From: Octopus bimaculoides
Lineage: Eukaryota
Assembly (NCBI RefSeq): GCF_001194135.2
Contig: NC_068991.1
Coordinates: forward strand, 45,540,059 to 45,602,273
Reading direction: 5' to 3'
Length of the DNA stretch: 62,215 nt
Shown here: one piece after another, positions 1 to 12,830 of the stretch
Numbering within the stretch: position 1 is the stretch's first letter
Layout of the letters: each line of letters starts with the position of its first letter
Notes under the pieces: generated by a model
Database searches by the model: none
Seen by the model: the letters and a program-made list of their open reading frames with translations, nothing else
Told to the model about the DNA's origin: nothing
Program-made: the position numbers and the translations under genes

Positions 1-2
1 TA

Positions 3-57
<55 letters not shown>
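1..57 (+). repeat. (TAA)n microsatellite
   Basis: Pure taa repeat running directly into a 5'-truncated retrotransposon. Confidence 0.98.
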
Positions 58-58
<1 letters not shown>

Positions 59-930
59 CCATCAGTGGCTGAGAAGTTCAGGAGTGAAAGCAGAGGCTGA
101 AGGTTTCATATATTGGCGGCACAAGATCAAAGCTCGCTAACCAAAAACTACCAGGCTAACGTTCTTCAAAACAGTCCCGACCCTAAATGCAGATTCTGCG
201 ACACATTTGACGAAACAATAGACCATCTCGTATCGGGATGTCCTGTGCTGACATCAAACGAGTACAAAAATCGCTACGATAGGGCAGGACAGTTTTTACA
301 TTGGAAAATATGTAAACACTACAAAATCAGCACTCCTGCTTACTGGTGTGAACACCATTCTGAGCCAATTGTTGAAGGTAAAAATGTCACTATCCTCTGG
401 GATTTTCCAGCCAACACCGACAGAACGATCCAGGCTAATCTACCAAACATAGTCATTGAAGACAAGGAAGATGATACTTGTAGACTAATAGATGTGTTTC
501 CACTGATAAAAATATATCTGTAAAGGAATTTGAAAAATTAAGTGAATATAAGGACCTGGAAATTGAAATACAAAAAATGTGGCATCTTAGAGTGAGAACT
601 GTTCCTGTTATTGTAGGTGTCCTATGTATAAAAAAGGGATGTCAGAAACATCTTGATAACATCCCAGGAGAACTATGTCTCAGAGAAATCTAAAAGATTG
701 TGCTGACAAGTACTGCCCACACTCTTAGAAAAACCTTATCAATTTAAGTGTCTGTGTTGTATCACATGAAGATATTTCACTACTACCCCTGCCACTCACC
801 CTCCCCAAGCTTTCAGTCATACTGTAACATCTCTTAACCTTCACTCGCCCTTGGAGGTTGGGTGAGTTTCGGCAAGTGATTGCTACAAACATGCAAATTA
901 AAAATAAACAGCAACAAAAACAACAATAAT
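58..930 (+). mobile_element. 5'-truncated RLE non-LTR retrotransposon (R4/Dong-like), 3' end
   Basis: HQWLRSSGVKAEAEGF..AAQDQ, CCHC knuckle CRFC-x8-H-x4-C, ILWDF..PNIV..LIDV..KY.DL restriction-like endonuclease, stop near 745, then 3' UTR and degenerate A-rich/TAA tail; frameshifts present. Confidence 0.9.
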
Positions 931-1125
931 TTCAAATTTTGGCATAAGGGGGAGGTGGGTAAGTCGATTAGATCGACACCAGTTATCAACTGGTGCTTTT
1001 TTTATTGACCCCGAAAAGATGACAGGCAAAGCCGATCAAGGTGGACTTTGAACTCAGAACGTGAAGACAGACGAAAAGCCGCTAAGCATTCTAACCGGCG
1101 TGCTGACGGTTCTGCCAGCTCGCCG
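931..1125 (-). mobile_element. tRNA-derived SINE family A
   Basis: Reverse complement matches the copies at 23018 and 41476 (gagctggcagaa A-box, gagttcaaa B-box, gcctttcatcctttcggggtcgat body). Confidence 0.9.
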
Positions 1126-1129
1126 CTGC

Positions 1130-1743
1130 TATGTTGCGGATGATAATCATGATGGTATTGATGGTAACATAACACTGGTGGTACAGTCAGTGGTAATGTG
1201 AACCTCGATGGTATGGTAACCGTTGCGTTTAAGCCAAAGTGCTTCACACGACAGCGATGACGACTCCACAATGATGGTGGTAGGGGTAGTGTTGTTGTCG
1301 TTGTTAGTGGTGGTGGAGTTGGTGTTGGCAGCAGTGGTAATGATGGGGCCCGTGGCGGTAGATGTAGGCAGTGGTACTTAGAAGCGGGGGGGGGCGTCTT
1401 GATAGTAATGCGTGGTTACAGTAATGCTGATTGTTATAATGGTTATGATGATGGCTGGTTACGGAACTGGCGGTTCGTCGTCATCGCCGTCGTCGTTGTT
1501 GCTGTAGTTTGTGGTGGTGGCCACGGCGGTGGTGTTGGAGGTGATGTTTGCGGTGGGTGGTGAGTGGTGAGTGGTGGTGGTGGTGGTGGTGTTATTGCCG
1601 TCTTTCCCGACGGGTGGATGAAGGATATAATGACGGGAGGTACGGATGATGAAAATGATAATGATGAGGACGTAGGTATATTGATGTCGTTTAATGTTAA
1701 CGCTGATTTGGCAGCATTTGGTGAACGGATAATAACAATAATG

Positions 1744-1792
<49 letters not shown>

Positions 1793-1940
1793 CGACGACA
1801 ATGATCATGATGTTGATGATGATGATGCTGTTGCTGTTGATGCTGATGTTATTCATGTTGCTGTTTACAAACTCTCCATATCAATACATGTCCCTCCATT
1901 ACGCACACACACATACACACACACACACACAAACACAAAC
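1130..1940. repeat. Compound GGT/GTT/GAT/TAA/CA low-complexity tract
   Basis: Imperfect trinucleotide runs producing poly-I/G/P pseudo-ORFs. Confidence 0.9.
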
Positions 1941-2879
1941 ACATACATTACACGCACACCCGAACACACGCATGCAATTCGTACACAAACTCTTTTTTTG
2001 TTTGTTTGTTTTTTCATCCACCTCCCTCTCTCCACCACCATCCTATGAAAAAAAAAAAAGAAACCAAAAATGAAAAAAAAAAAAGGAATAGACAGCTAAA
2101 AAAAAAACAACTAAGCAAACAAAATCTATCCGGCAATTCCAGATTGATTTGAATGATTATTTCTTGAAATATGTCTTCAATAACACAGCGGCAGGGAAAC
2201 AAGGGATGACCGANNNNNNNNNNNNNNNNNNNNNNNNNNNNNNNNNNNNNNNNNNNNNNNNNNNNNNNNNNNNNNNNNNNNNNNNNNNNNNNNNNNNNNN
2301 NNNNNNNNNNNNNNNNNNNNNNNNNNNNNNNNNNNNNNNNNNNNNNNNNNNNNNNNNNNNNNNNNNNNNNNNNNNNNNNNNNNNNNNNNNNNNNNNNNNN
2401 NNNNNNNNNNNNNNNNNNNNNNNNNNNNNNNNNNNNNNNNNNNNNNNNNNNNNNNNNNNNNNNNNNNNNNNNNNNNNNNNNNNNNNNNNNNNNNNNNNNN
2501 NNNNNNNNNNNNNNNNNNNNNNNNNNNNNNNNNNNNNNNNNNNNNNNNNNNNNNNNNNNNNNNNNNNNNNNNNNNNNNNNNNNNNNNNNNNNNNNNNNNN
2601 NNNNNNNNNNNNNNNNNNNNNNNNNNNNNNNNNNNNNNNNNNNNNNNNNNNNNNNNNNNNNNNNNNNNNNNNNNNNNNNNNNNNNNNNNNNNNNNNNNNN
2701 NNNNNNNNNNNNNNNNNNNNNNNNNNNNNNNNNNNNNNNNNNNNNNNNNNNNNNNNNNNNNNTTTTATCTCTTCTCTCCTCCCCTCTATTCGTCGTCTGC
2801 GTTTCTACCACTATCTTCTTCTTCTTCTTCTTCTTCTTCTTCTTCTTCTTCTTCTTCTTCTTCTTCTTCTTCTTCTTCT

Positions 2880-2914
<35 letters not shown>

Positions 2915-3133
2915 CATTCACCATATCAGCCAATTCACCGCTGAAGATTTTTCATCGTGGTGATGCTGCTGCTGCAGTTGTTGTTGCTGCTGCAGTTGCA
3001 GTTGCTGTTATTTTTGTTTTGTTGTTTACCACTACGTTGAAACTCAACGAGCAAAACGATGACCAAAGGCGTTCCTGCCGTGACCAACCTGTCTTATTTC
3101 TCAGAGAGTTTGAGCACGGATTCAATAACAAGA

Positions 3134-3187
<54 letters not shown>

Positions 3188-3240
3188 CAGAAGAAGAAGA
3201 AGAAGAAGAATGATGATGATGATGATGATGATGATGATGT

Positions 3241-3670
3241 TCTAGGACTTGAACATTCAGACTAACAGAGTAATAGAAGCTAGAAGGCCTGATTTGGTAG
3301 CAGTAGTAGATAAAGAGAATAGAGAGTGCCAGATAATTGACTTTATAGCCCCCAAATGATGAAAAACATTAATATGAGAAGTATAGAAAAAATAGCAAAG
3401 TACCAGGACCTGGCTTTTGAATTACAGAGACTATGAAAAGTGTGGATAAAATGTATCGCAGTAGTTAAAGGTGCGTTGGGAGCTATCCCTAAAGATCTGA
3501 ATAGATGGATAGAAGAAATAGGCATAAAACCCAGTTTAGTACAGCTGCAGAAAACAGCGTTATTAGGGACAGCTAGGATACTTAGTGGGGTTCTTGGCAT
3601 TTAAGGATACTTGCTGTAGCCCGATGTTAGGATTCTTTTCTTTTCCAACAATCTAATCTGTTGAGTGAAA
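3241..3670 (+). mobile_element. R4/Dong-like retrotransposon 3' fragment
   Basis: LNIQTNRVIEARRPDLV..DKENRECQIID..EKIAKYQDLAFELQRL..GALGAIPKDL..QKTALLGTARIL..GI*; preceded by a (TAA)(AAG)(GAT) tract and followed by TAA repeats. Confidence 0.88.
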
Positions 3671-4623
3671 ATAATAATAATAATAGTAATAATAATAATG
3701 ATAATGCGTTAAAGTACTGTCTGTCTGAGGTCCTTGTGTTTGTCAGACAATACAAAGCCCCAGTAGACATATCTTCAGTCAACAGCATCACATTGAATAT
3801 ACACACACACACACANNNNNNNNNNNNNNNNNNNNNNNNNNNNNNNNNNNNNNNNNNNNNNNNNNNNNNNNNNNNNNNNNNNNNNNNNNNNNNNNNNNNN
3901 NNNNNNNNNNNNNNNNNNNNNNNNNNNNNNNNNNNNNNNNNNNNNNNNNNNNNNNNNNNNNNNNNNNNNNNNNNNNNNNNNNNNNNNNNNNNNNNNNNNN
4001 NNNNNNNNNNNNNNNNNNNNNNNNNNNNNNNNNNNNNNNNNNNNNNNNNNNNNNNNNNNNNNNNNNNNNNNNNNNNNNNNNNNNNNNNNNNNNNNNNNNN
4101 NNNNNNNNNNNNNNNNNNNNNNNNNNNNNNNNNNNNNNNNNNNNNNNNNNNNNNNNNNNNNNNNNNNNNNNNNNNNNNNNNNNNNNNNNNNNNNNNNNNN
4201 NNNNNNNNNNNNNNNNNNNNNNNNNNNNNNNNNNNNNNNNNNNNNNNNNNNNNNNNNNNNNNNNNNNNNNNNNNNNNNNNNNNNNNNNNNNNNNNNNNNN
4301 NNNNNNNNNNNNNNNNNNNNNNNNNNNNNNNNNNNNNNNNNNNNNNNNNNNNNNNNNNNNNNNNNNNNNNNNNNNNNNNNNNNNNNNNNNNNNNNNNNNN
4401 NNNNNNNNNNNNNNNNNNNGGCTGTGGTGGAAGCAGCAGTGTTTGTTGGTGGATAATGCTTGGTGTTGGGAAGGGTTTTCCCGCTGTCCGAGTAGCATCG
4501 CTTTTGCTTCCGTTTCTCAATTCTAAGTAGGAGAACAAACATGCTTACATTGAGAAATTGCACGAGCATGCAGATCTCTTGAGGGTTCATTTAAGCCTGT
4601 CCTTCGCCAAACGGGGTAAAGTG

Positions 4624-4673
<50 letters not shown>

Positions 4674-4952
4674 ACACACACACACACACACATATATAAC
4701 ACACACACACACACACACATAACACACACATGTATAAATGAGTGCATGTGTGGACACTAATTTACTTGCAGATCCACATTATATAAAAATGTATCTAGAC
4801 GCATGTAGACACACATGCATGCACATATATGTATGCGTAGCGTGTCTGTCTGTCTGTATGTATGTGTGTATATATACATACATACAAACAAACATACATA
4901 CATACATACATACATAAGTACATACATACAAACATACATAAATATATGTATG

Positions 4953-4990
<38 letters not shown>

Positions 4991-5065
4991 TACATGTGTT
5001 CATATATACTTTCAAATATGCAAGCATACACACACACGTGTATGTATGTATGTATTCACGTATTA

Positions 5066-5096
<31 letters not shown>

Positions 5097-5457
5097 NNNN
5101 NNNNNNNNNNNNNNNNNNNNNNNNNNNNNNNNNNNNNNNNNNNNNNNNNNNNNNNNNNNGAGAGGGGGATGGAGAGAGTAAGAGCTTGATAGGCAGACAG
5201 ACAGACAAATAGATAGATAGATTGAATAATAGATAGACGAATTAAAACCATGTTCACAAAACATGTTAAAATGCTAAAAGCCCAGTTGTAGTTATCATTA
5301 CATGTAAGGGATAAAGAGTGCAGCATTAAAAGTGGGCACTACAGCATCAGAGTGACTTTTAAATTTATAACAATAAATATACCTCTTAAAAAATGTCTGT
5401 CATAAGTTTCGACCAGCATGGAAGTCACCAGAAAAATTAAACAGGGATCATTGTTAT

Positions 5458-5634
5458 ATAAATATAACAATTTAGGAGACGCATTCTATAGGGCCGTCAT
5501 CAAGGATGTCTGAAGTGGTCGAACTAAATCAGCGCTGCATATCTATAAATATAACAATTAAGGGGATCGATTCTATAGTGCCGTCATCAAGAAACTCTGA
5601 ATTTACCGAACTAAACCAGCGCACTGCATATCTA
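5458..5634 (+). repeat. Two diverged tandem copies of an ~85-bp unit
   Basis: ataacaatt..attctatag.gccgtcatcaag..ctgaa..cgaactaaa.cagcgc..tgcatatct occurs twice. Confidence 0.8.
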
Positions 5635-5799
5635 TTAAAAAACCCAACCAAGATTTATCTGGAGGTAGAAGACCTCTCACTCAAAATGATACGTAGCAGC
5701 TATCATAATTTTAAACCCTTCTCTGGTATAAACTTCTAAGTGAAAAAAAAAAAAAGATGTCATTCAAAATTTCGTGTTAATTTGTCCCAAATAACTTAA

Positions 5800-6135
5800 T
5801 AATCTTGTTTCAGTCATTGATCTGCGGCCATGCTGAAGTTTTGTCTTAAAAGGTATTAGTCGAATGAATCATCCCCAGTTCTTATTTTTTTTTTATAATC
5901 CTGATACGTATTCTGTCAAAATCTTATGCTGAACCGCTACATTACGTTAACGTAAATATGCACGCACACATACACACGCACACACGCATACGACAGGTCT
6001 TTTTTTCAGTTTTCGTCTACCAAATTCAAAGGCTTTGGTCAGCCCACATCTATAATAGAAAACTCATACCTCATACCCAAGATACCACGCGGTGAGACCG
6101 AACTCGGAACCATGTGTTTGGGAAGTAGACTACTC
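5800..6135 (-). mobile_element. tRNA-derived SINE family B, near full length
   Basis: RC gives catggttccgagttcggtctc..cttgggt..accaaagcctttg..ggtagacgaaaactgaaa..agcggttcagc..catggccgcagatcaatgactgaaacaag, matching the 11297 copy. Confidence 0.82.
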
Positions 6136-6175
6136 GTAAACTTGTATGGCAGGGTCCTTGTAAGCCGTTTGAAAC

Positions 6176-6320
6176 ATGACGACTCTTTCGACTTCTTTTA
6201 GTTTCCGTCTACCAAATCCTGACGCTTTAGTAGAAGACACTTCCCCAAAGTGCCACACAGTGAGACTGAACCTGGGACCATGTGGTTGTGGAGCAAACTT
6301 CTTACCACACAACTACACAC
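6176..6320 (-). mobile_element. SINE family B 5' half
   Basis: RC: gtggtaagaagtttgctcc..aaccacatggtcccaggttcagtctcactgtgtggcactttggggaagtgtcttctact. Confidence 0.85.
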
Positions 6321-6407
6321 ACACACGCACATACACACGAGCACGCGCACACACACACATGTATAGTTGACAAAAGTCGGGATGCGTGGCTTTCAGTTAC
6401 TCAATAA

Positions 6408-6720
6408 ATGAAAAATGCATTAAATAATACAAAACGTACACGTAGGACAGACACAGAAGGACCGTAATTCTTCATCAGTTATCGACCGAAAAATACTAAT
6501 ACTCAGTTTCGTGCATTTAACGATAAAACTGAGAACTTCATCTTGTTTGCTCGAACCCTAATTCTATGCAAATCTTGCGGGTGTCACCGAGGTGGAAAGT
6601 TCTTAGTCTTATCGTTAAAGGCACGAAACTGAGTATTAGTATTTTTGGGTCTATAACTGATGAAGAATTACAGCCCTTCTGTGTCTGCCCTACGTGTACG
6701 CTTTGTAGTACTTAATGCAT

Positions 6721-6726
<6 letters not shown>
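6408..6726. mobile_element. Foldback/MITE-like element with ~130-bp imperfect terminal inverted repeats
   Basis: 6408-6538 is the reverse complement of 6597-6726 with roughly 10% mismatches; spacer about 58 bp. Confidence 0.85.
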
Positions 6727-6761
<35 letters not shown>

Positions 6762-7637
6762 NNNNNNNNNNNNNNNNNNNNNNNNNNNNNNNNNNNNNNN
6801 NNNNNNNNNNNNNNNNNNNNNNNNNNNNNNNNNNNNNNNNNNNNNNNNNNNNNNNNNNNNNNNNNNNNNNNNNNNNNNNNNNNNNNNNNNNNNNNNNNNN
6901 NNNNNNNNNNNNNNNNNNNNNNNNNNNNNNNNNNNNNNNNNNNNNNNNNNNNNNNNNNNNNNNNNNNNNNNNNNNNNNNNNNNNNNNNNNNNNNNNNNNN
7001 NNNNNNNNNNNNNNNNNNNNNNNNNNNNNNNNNNNNNNNNNNNNNNNNNNNNNNNNNNNNNNNNNNNNNNNNNNNNNNNNNNNNNNNNNNNNNNNNNNNN
7101 NNNNNNNNNNNNNNNNNNNNNNNNNNNNNNNNNNNNNNNNNNNNNNNNNNNNNNNNNNNNNNNNNNNNNNNNNNNNNNNNNNNNNNNNNNNNNNNNNNNN
7201 NNNNNNNNNNNNNNNNNNNNNNNNNNNNNNNNNNNNNNNNNNNNNNNNNNNNNNNNNNNNNNNNNNNNNNNNNNNNNNNNNNNNNNNNNNNNNNNNNNNN
7301 NNNNNNNNNNNNNNNNNNNNNNNNNNNNNNNNNNNNNNNNNNNNNNNNNNNNNNNNNNNNNNNNNNNNNNNNNNNNNNNNNNNNNNNNNNNNNNNNNNNN
7401 NNNNNNNNNNNNNNNNNNNNNNNNNNNNNNNNNNNNNNNNNNNNNNNNNNNNNNNNNNNNNNNNNNNNNNNNNNNNNNNNNNNNNNNNNNNNNNNNNNNN
7501 NNNNNNNNNNNNNNNNNNNNNNNNNNNNNNNNNNNNNNNNNNNNNNNNNNNNNNNNNNNNNNNNNNNNNNNNNNNNNNNNNNNNNNNNNNNNNNNNNNNN
7601 NNNNNNNNNNNNNNNNNNNNNNNNNNNNNNNNNNNNN

Positions 7638-7684
<47 letters not shown>

Positions 7685-8852
7685 ATCGAAAAATTAGTTA
7701 ATCATCTGCTGATTATTGAACTGTTTGGATCTTATAATCGAGCTGTTCATATTTAATTTGTCTGGTTTGTAGGTTAATATCGTAACTAAGTGAAATGTTA
7801 CCCATCGGGACAGAAGAAATATGAATTGAACCTATGGCCAGATATGTCGTTATTATCAGATTCGTGTTAAATTATGGATGAAATAATATGAGTTATTGAG
7901 AAAGTTGATGATGGGAATGGCTATTAACACGCTGATGGGACTCACACTGGCAATTATAGCTGATTTAATTTCGGTTATAGCAGCCAAAGCACTCTTAAAT
8001 GAAACTTTACTGTATTATGTCACAAAATTATTAACAGATAAAGGCTTCCATACATTGTTATCTTAGGGAAAGTAATAACACAGAGTAGTCCTGTCTAAAA
8101 TGCTTTTCTGGCATAGGTCTATTTTACCAGAACTCACCTGGAGCAAAACTACGTCAATGACAAGAGGGGCAGCAGCAGCAGCAGTCGTGACAACAACAAT
8201 GACAACTGCTGCAGCGGTAGCGGCAAAAGGAACAACAACGGGAACAAACAAACAAGAACAAAAACATGAAAAGCATTAGCAACATCAAAAGCAATAACAG
8301 CATCAAAAGCAGCTGTATACATGTGTATGTGTGTATGCACGTGCTTATGTGTGAGTGTGTGTATGTGAGTGTGTTTGTTATAAATCGCATTCTGAAACGT
8401 CGGTAATTTGAAAATGTATCTGTTTTAGCAATTTTCAAATTATTCAATGAAGCAAATACAACCAAAAAACGGAAGTTTTTTTTTTTTTCTCTTCTGGTTC
8501 GGTGGTATCTCTGCCATTGAAACGATTGACGACGTATAGTTCGATTCTGCAGGGAGACATTATCCAGAACGTTTTGACATATTTTATGAATCTTTAATTA
8601 TAGCCGCATATGCAGTGTTAGATACTTCGTGAAAAAACATCATGAAAGGACTTATCATATGTGTGTGCGTATGTGTGTATGTGTGCGCGCACACACGCAC
8701 ACACACGCACACACACGCACACACACTCATATATACAGAGGCACACAGACTCATACAAATATATATTTGTGTGCGTGCGTGTGGGTGTATACACATATAT
8801 ATATTTATATATATAATCATATCTATATATCTTCAGATATATATATGTATGT

Positions 8853-8979
<127 letters not shown>

Positions 8980-9821
8980 CGTGGGTGTACGTCCGTCTCT
9001 GTGCATAAATATGTCCGTATATATAATGTATGTGTATATATATAGTCAATTAAAAAAAAACATAGAGAAAAAAAAAAAAAAAGCGAACGTTTGGACGTAG
9101 CGCTAGGCACACACACACATATATATATATATAGATGTATATATACACATACATTATATATAGGGACATATTTATGCACAGAGGCGGACGTACACCGAAA
9201 CAGATGCATTCACCCACTTTCACACATTAGAATCATACATGAACATTCCACACACAAGAACGGTGAAGCCAAAATACTGTATCTATTTGTATTACAAACG
9301 TTCAATAACGTGCACTCATCTATAGATATTCCATAACGACAGTAATTTCCACCACCACCACTACCACCACCACCACCACACCAACCACTACCACCGCCGC
9401 CGCCGCCGCCGTTGCACTGTCGCAACCGGCTGTTACCAAAAACAACAACAAAAACAATGGACTTCAAATATACTCTCACACATCCACCAAGCACCGCCAC
9501 AACCACCACTGCCGCTGTCACCGCCACCACCGGTAATGCCTCTGACCATAAAACTGTGTTCCACCACCCAGGGTTCAAAATGCTTTTGATCTTCTAGAAA
9601 CGGAACGATTGTTCCATAGTCGGGGTTAGTTTGACACAGGGATGCTGGAATGTGACTGTAGGGATTTCGTGGTCGTTACAGAACCGGGGCGGAAATGTTT
9701 CCATTGTCACGTGACTGTCTGACTGCGCATATTCATATGTCCGTGCGTACTTCCTCTGCTCGCATAATGGTATATGTGCTTCTGTGTGCCTGTCTACCTA
9801 TATTTATGTGTATGTGTTTGT

Positions 9822-9879
<58 letters not shown>

Positions 9880-10007
9880 ATCATATATTGCTCCATCTGT
9901 CAATAGATTTCTGTTACGGATATTATTTTTCCATTCTAAGAAATATCCCAAAGATATGTTCATATGTATGCGTACGATGTGTGTGCGTGTATGTGTGTGT
10001 GTATACC

Positions 10008-10041
<34 letters not shown>

Positions 10042-10559
10042 AGTACGTATACATGTATGTATATGCATATATATATATATGCATACATATATGCCTATAT
10101 ATGTATGCATACATACACGTACATTGCTCATATATGTGTCAATGTATTGATGAATATACATAAATGTTTGTATCTATGTATATATAATTATATACATACA
10201 CACAACACACGCACTCACATATATATCCATATATATGTAAATACATATATACATATATAATGCCACGTAACACCTCTTTTTGACGTAATTGTCGGAGTGG
10301 TAGTGGTTATCTCGTGGGTAGGTTAGGTTTAGGGTAGGTTCGTTCATTCACTATGTTTAAGATATTGTATTTCGTTTTCTCTTCCTGTTATTGAGATGTC
10401 ATAAATAACTTTTGCTAGAACCCACTGCATCGATGTTTCTAGATTATGTGAACTTTCCTAACAGCGTTTATATTATCTATGTGCATTCTGCTTTCATGTT
10501 TTCCCCTCTAATCTTAGTTTCTATTCGATATAGTAGCGAATACGGCGATTGGTAAAAAT

Positions 10560-10860
10560 GACATCAATTGAAAAGTTTGAGGACATTCGTGCTGTTGCCT
10601 TTTTGTCGCTGAGTAATAAGCATATTAGTATTCTCTGTCAAACTAGCACCACACTTTCCCGAAGGCTAACTATGCATATACATCAAAGTAAAATTGTGAT
10701 GCATTATTTCGTGCATATCTCGTAGCAAACATAAACTCAATGTAAATATGTACGTATAAGGGACATCATTTATGTATACAGTTCTCACAAGCAACTACAC
10801 TTAGCCATCAATGTAACGCATATACCGCAATTCGTTGATACACGCGACTCTCAATTTCCA
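10560..10860 (+). mobile_element. Highly degraded Penelope-like GIY-YIG remnant
   Basis: Translation SILCQTSTTLSRRLTMHIHQS resembles the YIGQT.TTLSRRLTMH motif of PLE endonucleases. Confidence 0.4.
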
Positions 10861-11296
10861 GTGTGTATGTTCAACTGTCCTATTTAAACTGTATTCATTT
10901 TTTCGCCTTTTATAAACTTATAATCGGAAGTATATAGATTCTTTTAACGCACAATGCGAGATGTATACGTGTATGTGTGTGTGTGTGTGAATGCATGTGT
11001 GTGTGTGTGTGAATGGTGTGTGTGCATGTGTGCGAATGCATATATATATGTACATGTGTATGTATGTATGTATGTATGTATGTATGTATGTATGTATGCA
11101 TGTATGTATACATGTATGCATGTATGTATGTATGTATGTATGTATGTATTTATGTGTGTGTATATGTATGTATGTATGTGTGTGTATATGTATATATATA
11201 TATATATATGTGTGTATGTGTATATATATATATATATGCATATATAAATATGTATGTATGTCGCTTTTGCTAAATATTAATGAAAATGTACATTTA

Positions 11297-11620
11297 AGGA
11301 GCAGGCATGGTTGTGTGTTAAGAAGCTTTGCTTCCTAACCATATGGTTCCAGGTTCAGTCTCACTGCGTGGCACCTTGGGCAAATGTCTTCTGCAATAGT
11401 CTCGAGCCAACCAAAGCCTTCTGAGTGGATTTGGTTGACGGAAACTGAAAGAAGCTTGTCCTATATATGTGAGTGTGTGTGTGTGTGTGCGTGTATGTGT
11501 GTTTATTTCTGTATATGTTTGTCCTCATTCATCGCTTCACAACCGGTGATGTTGTGTCTCCGTTCCCGTAACTTAGCGGTTCGGAAAAAGAGAACGATAA
11601 AGTAAGTACCAAGCTTAAAA
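11297..11620 (+). mobile_element. tRNA-derived SINE family B
   Basis: ggcatggttgtgtgttaagaagc..ggttcagtctcactgcgtggcaccttgggcaaatgtcttct (CORE-like)..gacggaaactgaaagaagc, internal (GT)n, ttagcggttcggaaaaagagaacgat. Confidence 0.9.
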
Positions 11621-11749
11621 AGTATTGCGTATTTCTTGTGTGTGTGTGTGTGTGTGTCTGTGAGGGATTGATAGGTGTAGCGATAGATTGTTCGGTAGGT
11701 AGACAGAAGGAGAGATAGTTTACCCTACATGGTGCGTGTGACCAGGAGT

Positions 11750-12290
11750 GAGCCTTGTTGTTGGGAGTTGTAGCTTATTTAGTTAGCGCTTTCGAACCGA
11801 GGGTTCTTCATAAAACTTTATTCAATTCATATTTCCCGCTCTTTCTTGATAGTAGTTAGTTTTCGCTCTTTCACTTTAAATATTCTCGAAGCAGTAGGCG
11901 TGTTTCCAAGCATCCAGCTCATTACGGTGCTTCAGGCTATAGACTTACCTCCTAATGAAGTGTACTTCTATTTTACTGAGGTTAACAGCAATCTTCCCCC
12001 TTGCTAGTATGTAGGTGGAGAAATCCTTATCACAGCGTTGGTGTTGTTGAAACAGCGCTGGGTGGTGTGGCCTAGTACAGATGTTTCTTCACCCTAAGGT
12101 GGTGTCTCCTAGTCGATCCTATCTATGTATGCCACGCCGCAGGAGCACGTCATCAGGTACGTCACATTGGGTTCAAAACATACCCTGGCGCTGTCCGTTG
12201 GTTGGGTTGTTTGGTTTGGATATTAGCTTAGGCAGCATGCGTCCAGTGTGTTGTTGGCGTGTACGAGGTAGTTATATTTCATGAGGGTTA
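11750..12290 (-). mobile_element. Penelope-like element GIY-YIG fragment
   Basis: RC translation VTYLMTCSCGVAYID..TRRHHLRVKKHL with a frameshift; GIY-YIG signature. Confidence 0.6.
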
Positions 12291-12329
12291 TCTGCAGTTT
12301 AAAATATACAGTTATATAAATTAAGAATT

Positions 12330-12734
12330 CATTCCCATGCACAGAGCATGTGGTATTTTCATCTATTTTTTATCTAAACATGTGATTCAGTCACCAAGGG
12401 AATTGTCTCTGTGTCGATGAATGGATTAATGTTTTTGAAATATTTGACGATGCTTCGAGCTACGGAAAATATTTTGTAGACTAAATAAGTGTTACTCGGT
12501 AATTTGAAACTCTTCAATGAATAACAACGAAATTGTCTTCGAGAATTCAATCTCTCTTTTATTTGTTTATTTAATTGCAAAGATTGTAGAAGACTGTTAT
12601 ACTTCTCTGAGAGACATAATTCGCATCTTCCGGCATTTTGATGTAGGCGAGTCTTCCAAGAAGAAAATAGTTGGGAACGAAACAGAGATCTGAGGCACGC
12701 CAGAATTAATCAAATGTGAGACAGAAAAAGCACT
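12330..12734 (-). mobile_element. CR1/Jockey-group LINE RT fragment (downstream part, interrupted by PLE)
   Basis: RC reads SAFSVSHLINSGVPQISVSFPTIFFL, i.e. the RT motif SGVPQGSVLSPTLF. Confidence 0.8.
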
Positions 12735-12784
12735 ATTTACATTATTTACATTTGACGGATGTTTGTCCTCATCTTATTGTTGTT

Positions 12785-12830
12785 AACACAACGTTTCGGC
12801 TGGTACACCCTCCAGCCTTCATCAGATGTC
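12785..12830 (-). ncRNA. Minimal type I hammerhead ribozyme motif in the inverted PLE terminal repeat
   Basis: RC: gacat CTGATGA a ggctgg agggtgta ccagcc GAAA cGTT gtgtt; stems I and II pair; palindromic stem III AACGTT. Confidence 0.8.
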
